From an uncultured Chloroflexia bacterium (GTDB taxonomy: Bacteria > Chloroflexota > Anaerolineae > JAAYZQ01): a DNA stretch of 64,000 nucleotides. Below the pieces are notes generated by a model. The model was not told the origin of the DNA. It searched no databases and was given only the letters and a program-made list of their open reading frames with translations. A program made the translations under genes and the position numbers. Position 1 is the stretch's first letter. Every line of letters starts with the position of its first letter. This document shows, piece by piece, positions 30,393 through 42,433 of this stretch. The stretch is taken from NCBI GenBank assembly GCA_963700285.1, contig CAVOXA010000001.1, positions 1,088,001-1,152,000 of the forward strand. Direction: 5' to 3'.

Positions 30393-30831
30393 TTCCTGCT
30401 CCCAGGTACACATACTGCTGGGCGTCAAATTCCCAGTCAAGGATGGCTTCCAACTCTACCTCGATGTGCGGCCGCAGAGGGTCAATGCGCTTGACCAGGT
30501 GCACGTCCACGATCCGGTTGTCGTTGACGCCCAGGGCATCGCAGATGGCATCCTGGGCGATCTTGAGCCCGCCGTCCAGATCCCGGCGGCGGGGAGTCTC
30601 GAAATAGAAATCGATGAACAGTCCGACAAAGCCCTGGCGCAGGGCAGCTACCAGCGCATCGGAGATGGTTCCATCCGCCCAACGCTGGCGGATGGCTGTT
30701 CCCACGTCTTTCTTGTACTTGCGGCTGGCTCTGCTCAGCACGCGCCTGCCATTGACCGTGGCGTATTGCTGGTTGATGCTGGGCGGCAGCGGCAACTCGA
30801 ACCTTGCTCGCAGCGCATGATCGGTCGTCAT
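30376..30831 (-). CDS. rusA: RusA-family Holliday junction resolvase
   Basis: LPLPPSIN, RRDLDGGLKIAQDA, NDNRI. Confidence 0.8.
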   Translation of the reverse strand: MTTDHALRARFELPLPPSINQQYATVNGRRVLSRASRKYKKDVGTAIRQRWADGTISDALVAALRQGFVGLFIDFYFETPRRRDLDGGLKIAQDAICDALGVNDNRIVDVHLVKRIDPLRPHIEVELEAILDWEFDAQQYVYLGAGNEEGS

Positions 30832-31245
30832 GCCCTCAGTGTAGCACGTTTGTTCGGATCTGGCAAGGGCTGGCTGCGGTGCGTTGCACGCCTATTATAC
30901 CACATTCTGTCAATGTGGGCCAGCGGGTTGGTCACCCTCCTGCTCACAGAGCATGTCATCACGCTGGATCCGGAGTTCATCGAATTGCACAGTCACCAAC
31001 CTTTGTGATCTTTTGCGGGAGCACGAATTACACTTCATGATGCTCGCTGCGTAGAATTGCTGGTGCCAGCAGCCAACTACTTGACAATGCACACAGGTTG
31101 TGATAAGGTATTCTCCGATCAGATAGGTCTGGCTCAGATATTTGGGCACTCTCCTTGACCGCTTGAGCGGGCCGCTTGGGCTGCTCGAACGGGACGACAT
31201 GGACATACACGGTTGGCCGCGGTACAATCCGGGGCCGGAGGGTGA

Positions 31246-34200
31246 GTGATGACCGCGTTGCAGACTGCCCCTTACTCCTCCAGGGTCCTCCCCGAAGGCA
31301 CGGTGACCTTCCTTTTCTCCGATATCGAAGGCTCCACGCAACTGCTCTACCGCCTGGGCGACCAGGTCACGGCGGTGCTGGCCGAGCATCACCGCATCCT
31401 GCGGGAGGCGGTGGCCCACGGCGGCGGTCAGGTGGTGCGCACAGAGGGAGATGCCTTCTTTGTGGCCTTCCCCCGCGCTACCGATGCTGTGGCCGCGGCC
31501 GTGGAGGCGCAACGCAGCTTGGCACAACACGCCTGGCCTGAGGGCGCGGCGATCCGGGTGCGCATGGGGCTGCACACGGGCGAGCCCGAGGTGGCGCTGG
31601 ACGACTATGTCGGGCATCGACGTGCACCGCGCGGCGCGCATCGCCCACGTGGGCTACGGCGGCCAGGTGCTGCTCTCGGAGACGACAGCGGCGCTGGCTG
31701 GGGACGAGCTGCCACCCGGTGTGAGCCTGCTGGACCTGGGCCGGCATCTGCTGAAGGACATCCGCCGGCCGGAACGCATCTGCCAGTTGCAGATCGAGGG
31801 CCTGCCCGCCGAGTTCCCGCCGCTGAAGATCGCTGGGCACGCTTGCCCCCGGAAGGGGCGCGGCTTGCCCGGCAGGTGGGCGCCTGCCCCTATCGCGGCC
31901 TGGCGGCCTTCCGCGAGGCCGATGCGCCGTTCTACTGCGGGCGCGAGGCGTTCGTCGGCCAGTTGGAGCAGGCGGTGCGGCGCCAGGCCGTTGACGGCGG
32001 TGATCGTCGGCTCCTCTGGCTCGGGCAAGTCGTCGGCGCTGTTTGCCGGGCTGCTGCCGCGGCTGCGGGAGGAGGGCGGCTGGCAGTTCGCACTGCTGCG
32101 CCCGGGCGCCCAACCGTTCTACGCCCTGGCGCGGCGCGCTGCTGCCGCTGCTGGAGCCGGGCCTGAGCGAGACCGATCGCCTGGCGGAGACGCGCAAGCT
32201 GGCCGAGCGGCTGGCCAGAGAAGGAAGTCAGCCTGGTGCAGGTGGTGGAGCGGATCCACGAGAAATCGCCCGAGACCCGGCGGCTCCTGCTGGTCGTGGA
32301 CCAGTTTGAGGAGCTGTACACCCTCGTGCACGGATGCCGCTCGCCCAGCAGGCATTCATCGACGCAGCTGCTGGCGGCGGCGGACGCGAGCAAAGGCCGG
32401 CGGCCGTCAGCCGTGTGTCATCCTGCTGACGCTGCGGGCGGACTTCATGGGGCAGGCGCTGGCCTACCGGCCGTTCGCCGATGCCTTGCAGGAAGGCTCG
32501 CTGCTGATGGGGCCGATGACGCGGCAGGAGCTGCGGCGTGGCCATCGAAAAGCCGGCCGAGATGCAGGGGGCGGCCTTCGAGGCGGGGCTGGTGGAACGG
32601 ATCCTGGACGATGTGGGCGACAAGCCGGGCAACCTGCCGCTGCTGGAGTTCACGCTGACGTTGCTTGTGGGAGCGGCAGACCGACGGCTGGCTGACCCAC
32701 ACGCACTACGAAGCCATGGGCAGCGTCGAGGGCGCGCTGGCAACCTACGCCGACCAGGTGTACGCCGAGCTTGAGCCGGAGGAACAGGAGTCGGCGCGGC
32801 GAGCGTTGGTGCAATTGGTGCGACCCGGCGAAGGGACGGAGGACACGCGCCGGGTGGCGACCCGGGAGGAGCTGGGGGAGGAGAACTGGAAGCTGATCCA
32901 GCACCTGGCGACCGGCGGCTGGTGGTGACGGGCGGGACGACGCAGGGCATGAGACGGCGGAGGTGGTGCACGAGGCGCTGATCCAGCGGTGGGGGCGGTT
33001 TCGGGAGTGGATGGACGCCGATCGCGCCTTTCGGGCCTGGCAGGAGCAGCTGCGCGGCAACCTGCGCCAGTGGCAGGAGAGCGGGCAGGATGAGGGTGCG
33101 CTGCTGCGCGGCGCGCCGCTGCTGGTAGCGCAGAACTGGCTGGCCGAGCGCACGGCTGAGCTGAGCGAAGCCGAGCAACAATTCATCCGGGACGGGGTGG
33201 CGCTGCGGGAGCGGCGGGCAGCCGAGCGCGAAGCCCAGCGACAGCGAGAGCTGGAGGCAGCGCATAGGCTGGCCGAGGCGGAAGGCCGCCGGGCTGAGGA
33301 TCAGGCTCAGGCTGCAGCTCGGCTCAGGCGCAGGGCGCTTCTCCTGACCGGAGCATCGATCCTGGCCGTCATCCTGGCAGCGATCGCCTTTCTGGCTTTC
33401 CGCCAGGCCAATCAGAATGCCCAGGCCGCTGAGATCGCCAGCTCGCGGGCGGAGCAGGAGCAGGCGGCCGCCGAGGCAGAGGCCGAGGCGCGCGCGACGC
33501 AGCAGGCCCTGGCCGAAGAGCAAACGCGCCTGGCCACATCCCGCGAGCTGGCCGCGGCCGCGGTGAACAACCTTCAGATCGACCCGGAGCGTAGCATACT
33601 GCTGGCATTGGAAGCTCTGAAGGAAGCCGATACCCTCGAAGCGCAAAGTGCCCTGCACCAGGCGATCCTGGCTTCACGCCTGGTCGCTAGCATCCCTGCC
33701 GATAGCCAGTCCGTCTTTGGTGTGGCTGCCAGCCCTGACGGGAGCAAGTTTGCCGCCGCTGGCATGGATGGTGTATTGAAGATCTGGGCGATGAGTGACT
33801 TGAGTGCATTGTCCGCCACCTCGCCGCTGCTTGCGCTGGAGAACCCAATTGACTTTGATGTTTCGATGGAAACAGGCGGCTATACCCTGGCTTTCAGTCC
33901 GGATGGCAGCCGGTTCGCAGTAATCGCTGACAATCAAAGCGCCAGAATCTATGACGCCTCAAGCGGTCAATTGCTGCAAACCTTGTCCAGTCAGAGCGGA
34001 AACGTGTATAGCCTCGCCTTCGACCCGGATGGAAAGCGTCTGGTCACGACCAGTGCTGGCGGCATGGCGGTTGTTTGGGATGTCCTTACCGGGGATGAGC
34101 TGTTGACCGTCACCGTTCCTGAATATGCAATCTATGGCGCCGTCTTCTCTCCAGACGGTAGGTGGCTGATCACCGGCAGCGATGATGCACTGGCTCGTTT

Positions 34201-35644
34201 TTGGGACCTGGATAGCAATTCAGGCAAAGAGATGTTCTCTCTGAGCTTTGATTATATGACGGAAGGAGTGCCTGGCGCCTTCGCCTTCAGCCCGGACGGA
34301 AAGTTCCTGGCGATTGGCGCGGGAGCGGTCGCCAAAGTGTGGGATTTTCAAGTACTGCAGGCGGACCCGTCGGTCAAACCCTTGTTTACCTTGTTTGGAC
34401 ATCAGAACAATACGAACAGCCTGGTATACACCGAGGACGGATCACGCTTGGTCACCGGCAACGCGGATGGCACCGCCAAAGTTTGGGATGCTGCAACGGG
34501 TCAGGAGCTATTCACGCTTGCCGGAGGAACGAGAAGTATTAACAGCCTCGCAATCAGCCCGGATGCGATGCATGCATTAAGCGCGCATGGCGACGGCCAG
34601 GTCAGGATCTGGGATATCTCCCCTACCGGAAGCCATGAATGGTGGGCAGCCTTCCCGGCCTACCGCGGTCATATCAGCCTAGATGGCGAGCATCTGGCCA
34701 CGGCCTATCCAACTTCGGAACTTACAGGCGAGTCGCGATTCCAGTTGTGGGCGCTTTCCCCTTCTGGTGTCAGGGAGACACAAACCATCATAGTGAACCC
34801 TGGGACACCAGTATGGCAATATGGTTTTGCTGCAGATCTCTCTCGTTATGTTACAATTGATGCAGATATGATGCTCAAATCATGGGAGCCTACAACAGGT
34901 CAGTTGATACAATCGTTCCCAATTGGCCAAACCGCAACATCCAGCGGTCATGATACGGATTTTGTCTTTGGATTCGATTTCAGTCCAGACGGCACGCGAT
35001 GTGCCACTGGCGGCGATGATGGCCTGGCAATCGTGTGGGATTTAGCCAGCGGTAAGCCACTATTGACCCTCACCGGTCACGAAGGGCCGGTGAGGTTTCT
35101 TAGCTTCAGCCCGGATGGTACCCGTCTGGCGACTGGCAGCCTGGATGGAACGGTGCGCATCTGGGATACCGTGAGCGGCCAATGGCTGCAAACCTTTTCC
35201 GGCCATGAAGGATTTGTAGCCGATGTTGAGTTCAGCCCGGATGGGAAACGCCTCTTGACAGGCAGCGGCGATGCCACCGCCAAAGTGTGGGACATCTTGA
35301 CAGGAAAGGAGCTGCTCACCCTCAGGGGTCATATCAGCACGGTCTTTTTTGTGGACTTTAGCCCGGATGGCACGCGCGTTGCTACTGGGAGCACGGACGG
35401 GAACGCCAAAGTATGGGACGCCTCTGCCGGACAAGTTTTGTTGACTTTGCCAGGTTTTGTGGTTGAGTTCGCGCCAGATGGAAAGAGCCTGATGGCAATA
35501 TCAATCGCAGATATGGTTGGGCGGGGATTTTTTCTTGATGTACAGGAGCTAACTGCCCTGGCTCGCTCACGTCTTACGCGCACATTGACCACTGCGGAAT
35601 GCCAGCAATACCTGCATGTTGCGCAATGCCCGGAGACACCCTGA
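31246..35644 (+). CDS. Class III adenylate/guanylate cyclase - STAND NTPase (nSTAND1-like) - TM - WD40 repeat protein (frameshifts in the 5' third)
   Basis: TFLFSDIEGST, GDAFF, RMGLHTGE, GGQVLLS; CPYRGLAAF, GSSGSGKSS, VDQFEE, LTLRADF, LPLLEF, VHEALI; TM helix; many GH...FSPDG...WD repeats. Confidence 0.85.
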
Positions 35645-35860
35645 GGTGATCTGGGAGCAATCGAGGGCCTGGGCAAGAGCAGTATCGTCTTCAGCCCTGG
35701 CGGCCGCCGCGTGGCGGTGGGTAGCGTGGGCGGCACGGTGTTCGTCGTCGACGCGGCCCCGGCCGAGTTGACCCTGTCGGGGCATACCAACATGGTGTTG
35801 GGCCTGGCTTTCAGCCCCGATGGCACGCGTCTGGCACCACCAGTTGGGACAGTACGGCTG
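35645..35860 (+). pseudogene. Orphan WD40-repeat remnant
   Basis: SIVFSPGGRRVAVGS...LTLSGHTNMVLGLAFSPDGTRLA directly after the stop, with no start. Confidence 0.6.
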
Positions 35861-36356
35861 CAACGTCTTTAACCTCTCTCCAGACGCGCAGCACATTCCC
35901 ACTCCATATCTTGCCGATTTCCTTAACGGTAGAGCCGTGCCGGACCAGCTCCAGCGTAACGTTGCGCGTCTCGCTGGCGTCGCACCACCCATCAAGACTG
36001 AAGCTGTAGTTATAGAAGTCTGAGCTGATGCCGACGTGATCAATACCGATGCGATTCACCACGTAATCGACCTGGTCAACGAGATCCCGCGCACTCGGCC
36101 TCCCGTGTTTCTTCTCGATTTCCTCCAGCCGTTGCTCATATGCCATGCGTGTTTCCGCACTGCGGTCCCCGAGTGCCAGAAAGAATGGCCAAAAGCCGAC
36201 GGGGAGGGCGAATTCTACCCGGAGGTCAGCGATCTCTTCTGCCTTCTCTGAGGAGTCCGTCTTGATGGCGCGCTTCAGCCCAACGATATGAATAACCCCG
36301 CCATTCTCTTGGAGTCCGCCTAATACCCACATGATACGAGCGCGTTCTTCTGTCAA
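35811..36356 (-). pseudogene. C-terminal fragment of a membrane dipeptidase (peptidase M19)
   Basis: NGGVIHI, DYVVNRIGIDHVGISSDF, IGKIWSGNVLRVW. The N-terminal half is missing. Confidence 0.7.
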
Positions 36357-36444
36357 ACAGAGGAGTCAGCTCATGGAAAACCATCACTGGTGCGAGGCAC
36401 AGCCGACCGCAGCCCCCTGCATCAAGAAGACAAGCCGTTCAGTT

Positions 36445-36525
36445 CAGTTCCACGTAATACAGCTCGTTGGCCAAGGCCTCGACGATCCGCTTGTTGAGGG
36501 TGAGCTTGTCGCCGGGGATGATCGA
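36445..36525 (-). pseudogene. Remnant paralogous to the 3' part of the radical SAM gene at 37601-38723
   Basis: Encodes IIPGDKLTLNKRIVEALANELYYVEL versus IIPGDKRTLNKLIVEALANQTYYMEL at about 37785-37860. Confidence 0.75.
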
Positions 36526-36645
36526 GCGACGAAAGCGACTCCCGCCTTGCTACCTGCCAACCGCTGTTAGCCCAAAGGGCAGTTCACTCCTCGACATAGC
36601 CCGCGGGAGGGTGAACCCTCGCGGCAATGACACGGCCCGGCCGTG

Positions 36646-37065
36646 TCAGAAGCTGATCGGCTCCTTTGAATCATCTGCCATCGTCCAGAAATGGGCTTCG
36701 CCCGTGAATATCCGGCAAGGTCGAACAAAGGGTTTGACCGAGAACCCGGCGATGGCATCAATCCAAGCCCTATTCTCATACGCTCTTTCCAGGCTTTTTT
36801 CGTCCTCCAGAAACTCGACCTCGCCCGTTACCCTCATCTGTTTCCAGTCAGCCGGGCCTGACCCATTGAAGAAACACACCTCAACCCTGGGGTTCTGCTG
36901 TAATTGGCTGGTAACGTCCTTTCCAGCGAGCGGTATGAAGTAGAAACCGCTTTCGTCGGCGTACCACAGATAGAAGGTTCTTACTCTCGGCTGATCTCCG
37001 TCTGTCGTGGCCAGGTAGCAAACGGGGTTGTCATTCGCGAACTCGAAACAGTCCTTGAGGTCCAC
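36646..37065 (-). CDS. Pyridoxamine 5'-phosphate oxidase-family (FMN split barrel) protein
   Basis: CYLATTDGDQPRVR, K...QLQQNPRVEVCF, QMRVTG. AAGGAG RBS. Confidence 0.85.
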   Translation of the reverse strand: MDLKDCFEFANDNPVCYLATTDGDQPRVRTFYLWYADESGFYFIPLAGKDVTSQLQQNPRVEVCFFNGSGPADWKQMRVTGEVEFLEDEKSLERAYENRAWIDAIAGFSVKPFVRPCRIFTGEAHFWTMADDSKEPISF

Positions 37066-37385
37066 TTTTCACTCCTTTCGCTCTCACTTCTGAGAGCAGC
37101 AACTCGGATCAACAGCCACTGATCACCCTCCCGCAAGCCACAACAACGCCTACTCGGAGCTGTGCGCTGCGCAGCCCAGGCTGTACAACATGGCAAGCAC
37201 TTGTGCAGTCTGCCATCTGCCGATCCCAGTGCGGCTGTGATGAGTCCTCGGAAGTCACAGCGAACTGCGAGTGCATCTATACTATACCACCGTTAGACTG
37301 AGTTGTCAATGGTTCAAATTGACCCATTATGCAGGCGATTTCACATCGATCTGGGTGTAGATGTACACTGCCTCGATCTAGCCGT

Positions 37386-37403
37386 TATGTCTAATTAGAC
37401 ATA
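37386..37403. promoter_or_regulatory. Perfect 18-bp palindrome, candidate operator
   Basis: TATGTCTAA-TTAGACATA in an intergenic region. Confidence 0.5.
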
Positions 37404-37600
37404 GGTCGTCCCGGACAAAGATTGCTTGCTCAATGGGGGATTGGCAAGAATCTATTGCACGAATGGCAGGCGATGACAGTATTGATGGACACAACCTGCC
37501 CGAACCTTTCGCCTTGACGGCGCGCTTGGTGATACCTCCGCCTGGACGCAGACAAAAAGTATCATGACGCGATAGAAACCAGCGGGTCCCAACTCGCCGA

Positions 37601-38723
37601 TCATGCCCATTGTCGTATTAGACCTTCCACCACCTGCGCGAGTTTGGGTCCGACGTTCCCAATGCTTTCCAGACCTTTCGCACCCATTTGGCGGTAGATC
37701 AAGCCCAGGTCCTGGGGTGTATCCTCAATGGCCCAGGCGGCCTTGCGATAGGCCCAGACGCGGTGTTGGGGCTCGCTATTGAGTTCCATGTAGTAGGTCT
37801 GATTGGCCAGGGCCTCGACAATCAGCTTGTTCAGGGTGCGCTTGTCGCCGGGGATGATGGGCCGGGGCATTCGGTCGGAGATGCCGTACTGCTCGCACAG
37901 CTCGCGCAGGCGCAGGGCGATGGGCTTCCAGTCGCCGCGGACGGGGCCGTAGCTGGTGGGCGGGTAGAGGGCCTGGTAGGGTTCCAGCAGGTCGGGGAAG
38001 CGGTCGCGCAGGACGCCAAAGAAAAAGTCGCGCTGCTGGTCGGCCAGGGTCAAGCCGCCGGCCATGACGAACTGGCCGCCGTGCTCGGCGGTCCACTTGA
38101 CGACGTGCTGCAGGTTAGCGTCGTCGTCGCACAGCCCCGGCAGGATGGGCATCATGCAGGTGCCGGTCAGGATGCCGGCCCTGGACAACTGCTCCATGGC
38201 CGCGAAACGTTTCTCCAGGGGCGGGGCCAGGCGCTCCATACGGCGCACGATCTGGTAGTGGGCCGAGTCGGGGGTGGAGATGATGCTGAAAAAGACGACG
38301 GCTGTGGCCCGGTCATTGATATCCCGGATCAGGTCCAGGTCTCGCAGCACCAGCGGTGAGCGCTCGAGGATGGAGACAGGAAAGCCCAGCTCCAGACAGA
38401 CCTCCAGCATGCGCCGCGAGAGCTGGAACTTGCGCTCGGCGGGCTGGTAGTCACCGGTGGCGACCAGGTCGACGGGCGAGCGGCCCAGGGCCCGGCGCAG
38501 CAGGTCGGGGGCGTTTTCCTTGGGTTGGATGCGGAAGGCAAAGTCTGCCGGATGCTCGTACGGATAGTACTTTCTGTTCGCGGCAGTAGCAGAAGTCACA
38601 ACCGTGCTGGCAGCCCTTGTAGGGGTAGGCGCTATAGCGGACCCAGAACCAGTGGTCAGGGCGCTTGTGCTTGTTCAGGATCGTTTTGGGCCGGTAGGGC
38701 ACGAATTGCGTGCGTCTTGTCAT
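37601..38723 (-). CDS. SPL-like radical SAM protein with C-terminal helix-hairpin-helix domain (frameshift near 38575)
   Basis: YPYKGCQHGCDFCYC, DYQPAE, RSPLVLRDLD, PILPGL; tail AYRKAA...SIGNVGPK. Confidence 0.8.
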
Positions 38724-38831
38724 GATCTGACCTGATCAGGACAGAATCGATAAGCTGGATTCTGCCCAGAGTCTTCTCGCCAGCGAACGGATTGGAGTCT
38801 GTCCGTATTGTACTGGGGAACGAAGAAAAGG

Positions 38832-39629
38832 TCAACCGGCGAGCAACATCTCTAGCCAGCGACGGGCCGCTTGCGGCGATTCCAGCCGCAGGTCCGCCTC
38901 GGTTTCCCGTGGCTCCGCTGCCACAACAACGGCGATGCCCCCGCGCGCCTTGATCGACGCCAAACGCCTCTTCATCCTTGTCGTCGTCGCCCAGGTAGAG
39001 GGGTACCGCCCCGCGCCAAGGGTAGTGGTCCAGCAGATAGGCGACCGTCAGGCCCTTGTGCGCCAGCTGGGGGCCGATCTCCAGGAACTTGTGCCCGCCC
39101 AACAGGCGGAACGATCTCCGGATCAGCTCGGGTCAGCGCCGCTGTCTGCCAGCCGGCTGGCGCTGGCCAGCACCCGTTCGGCCTCGTCCTCGGCGGCAAA
39201 GCGGGCGTGGAGCGCCAGCGCCCAGCCCTTGTCCTCCAGGAAAAAGCCCTGCCGCCCGGCGATCAGCTCTGCCCATCGGGGCTTGAGGGCATCCAACGTG
39301 GGGCGTACGACGTATCATAGTCCAGCCGGTCGATCCGCTCGCCCTCAGGGCGTCTGCAGCTCGATGCCGTAGGTGCCGGCCAGCAGAACGCCGGGCACAG
39401 GGACCAGCTTCTGCACGTGGCTCAGCCGCCGGCCGCTGACCATGGCCACACGGAATGCGAGGGTGCCGCGCCAGCCGCTGCGATCAGGTCGACCAGTTCT
39501 GGATCAGGGTTGACGTGGTCCGGCGTGGGGGCAAAGTCGGCCAGGGTGCCGTCATAGTCCAGGAACAGCCACAGGCGCTCTGCCTGGGCCAGTCGCTGCT
39601 TTCACCCCTTGGGGAGTCGCTACCCTCAC
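38832..39629 (-). CDS. otsB: Trehalose-6-phosphate phosphatase (HAD; multiple frameshifts)
   Basis: WLFLDYDGTLA, VSGR, GTYGIE, LEDKG, HKG, YLGDDDKDEEAF across frames. Ends are approximate. Confidence 0.75.
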
Positions 39630-40894
39630 GGCGTCCTCCCGGCTCCGGAGCAGGGGCTCGATGTCGCGGCGAAAGATGGCCTGCCAGGTATAGTCCTGCC
39701 GCACCCGGCGGCGCAGGCGATGCACCGGGCTGTCGCTCGGCCCAGGCCAGAATCCGCCCGGCCAGGTGGTCGGGCGCATCGTCCAGGTCGAACAGGATCA
39801 CGTCCTCGCCGCCAATCTCCACGGCGGCCGGCACCTCGGTGCACACCACGGGGATGCCGACCAGCCCGGCCTCCAGCACCGGCATGGCAAATCCCTCGCG
39901 GTGGCTGGGCATGAACATCAGGTCGCTGACGCGGAACAGGTCGCCCACCACGCCGGCGTCGATGAGGTAGGGCTCGTCGGGGTCGCTCCCCGATTCAAAG
40001 ACAAAGCGCATCTCCTCTTCCACGCCCAATTCCTGGCGCAATGCCTGCAACGAGCGGAAATAGGCCATGCTCTCCGCGTCGTGGGGGTCGGGCGGGCCGG
40101 TGAGGACCAGCCTGGGGCGACAGCCACGCGCTTTCAGCGCAGCCACCACCCGCAGCGCATACTCGATGTTCTTGGCCTGGGTGACTCGCACCGGCATCAG
40201 CAGCACCAGGTCGCTGTCCAAGCAGGCCCAGGCGCTCCACCAGGGCTGCCCCTTCCGCCGACAGGCCCAGCAGCGCCTGCGGATCGACGCCGTTGTAGAT
40301 CACGCGGATCTCTTCCGGCGGGCAGCCGTACAGCCCGGCCAGTTCCTGCTGCCGGCGCTGCGAGACGACGACGTAGGTCACGTCCGGGCGCCGGGTGCGC
40401 AGCAGATCCCAGGGATAGCCGGGATGGACCTTCGAGCCGGAGCTGGGGCTGGTCCAGGTAAAGTCGTGACACCAGGCGATGCAGTGCGGATGCGCCGTGC
40501 CCATCCAGCAGGCGATAGAGCGCGGCCGTCAGGGGCAGGTTAAAGTGCTTGGTAAAGACGTTGTGGACGATGACGTTGTCAAAGCGCGTTCAGGATGGGC
40601 GCCAGCGTCTCGGCTCAGTCGGCTCGCTCATGGCCTCGAACTCGGGCGGCACCTGGCCCTGCTCCAGCTGTGCGCTCATCTGCGCAATCTCGGCGTACTG
40701 CGAGTCCATCTCGGGCACGAGTACCAGGTCGACGCCCTCTGGCAGCGCCTCGGCCTCACCCCGGCCGGCGACGACGGTGACCGGATAGCCAGCCTGCGAC
40801 GAACGTCTGAGCGTGGGCCTGGATCACGGCTTCGACCCCGCCGACCACCGGCGGGGCGGTGTAGTGCAGAATGGCGATTCGAGGGTAGTTTCAT
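39626..40894 (-). CDS. GT4-family glycosyltransferase (multiple frameshifts)
   Basis: AILHYTAPPVVGGVE, HN..KHFNLPL, WCHDFTW, YNGVD, PVRVTQAKNIE, PSHREGFAMPVLEAG. Confidence 0.8.
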
Positions 40895-40908
40895 CGGGCC
40901 AGACTCCT

Positions 40909-42433
40909 TCACAAGTTCAGCTCGGCGACTGTCTCCAGCTGGCGGCAGAGCCAGTCAGCGATGTCCTCCCGCTCGATGAGCCAGCGCAGCCGGCTGGGCG
41001 CGCTCCTGGCGCTCCTCGGCGGGCATGACCAGGGCCTGGTGGAGCGCTTCGGCCGTGGCGTACACGTCGCAGGGTGAGATGACCAGCGCGCCAGGCTCCA
41101 GTTGCTGGCGCGCGCCGGCTCGTTCGGAGAGGATGAGCACGCCGTCGCGCTGGTTCACGATCGGACCCTCTTTGGCCACCAGGTTCATGCCGTCGGCGAT
41201 GGCGTTCACCAGCAGCACGTCGTACAGCTGCATGGCCGCCACCGCCCGCGGGTAGCTCTCGCCGACCAGCACGCGCACCGGTTCCCACTCGCTGTCGCCG
41301 TAGGTGGCATTGACCCGCCCGGCAGTGGCCATCAGGTCGTCCAGGTAGTGCCGGTATTCCTCCACATCCAGCCGCGATGGCACCAGCAGCGCCAGGAACT
41401 GGACCTGGCCCCGGTGCTCGGGATACAGTTCCAGCATCTCCTCAAAGGCCAGGAAGCCCCGCACAATGTTCTTGCTGGGCTCGATGCGGTCGATGCGCAG
41501 GATCAGCTTCCGGTCACCGACGATATCCTGGATTTCGGCTGCGATGCTCGGCCACCTCCGGCGACGCGGCGAGCTGTCTGCAGAGCCTCCACATCAATGG
41601 AGATGGGAAAATCACGCACGTGGGTGGCGTGATTCCTGATACCACACCCGGCTCCGGCGGTAGTTGACCGCGGCACGGGGCAGGAACGACTCGCAGGTGC
41701 GGAGAAAGTTCTGCCCATCCTCGCGGGTCTGAAAGCCCAGGACATCCACGGCGCACAGCCCATTCAGGATGTCCTGTCGCATAGCCGGCGGCAGGATGCG
41801 CCAGTACTCCGGCCCGGGCCAGGGGATGTGGATGAAGTGCAGAATCGTGGGTCGCTCGCGCCGCCGCAGCCCAGCGCGCAGGTGACGGGCCACCAGGTAG
41901 AGGTGATAGTCCTGGAGCATGACCAGGGTGGGGCGGGATGTAGCCCGGACCCGCTGGACGATGGCGTCGGCAAACTGGCAGTTGACGGCCTTGTAGCCCT
42001 CTTCCCAGGCCTGCCAGGTGGCACGGTCGATCACCGGCGCCCGCGGCACGTCCCACATCGAATGCTGCAGGAACCAGAGCAGCGGATTGGCGATGACATT
42101 GTAGTACCCATCGTAGGCAGCTTCGTCCGGCGAGAGAAAGTGCACTCGCACGGCGGTACCATCGTCAAGGGCCACGCGCCCCTGTTCCCAGTCAGCGTCG
42201 GCCTCCGTCCGGGCGCAGGCGATCCAGGTGGCATCGCGTGTGCCGGCACAGGCCGGTCAGGGCCGTGACCAGCCCGCCGCCACCTCGCTCGAATAGCAAG
42301 CGTCCCATCCTCGGCCTGCTCAAAGGTCACCGGGCCACGGTTGGCGGCGATGATCAGCGCCCGGTCGGCAAAGAACTCGGTTTGCAGCGCCTCACAGCGC
42401 TGGCGAGTCGACTTCTCTATCCAGTTCCATCAT
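40909..42433 (-). CDS. otsA: Trehalose-6-phosphate synthase family GT20 (multiple frameshifts)
   Basis: AANRGP, GGLVTAL, YY..IANPLLW, QDYHL, HFIHIPWP, FPISID, RIDRIEPSKNI, DGMNLVAKE, LSERAGA. Confidence 0.85.

Noticed and set aside
30376-30831. Prophage marked by rusA
   Set aside because: No phage or integrase genes are nearby. It is coupled to tsaA and a phosphoesterase.
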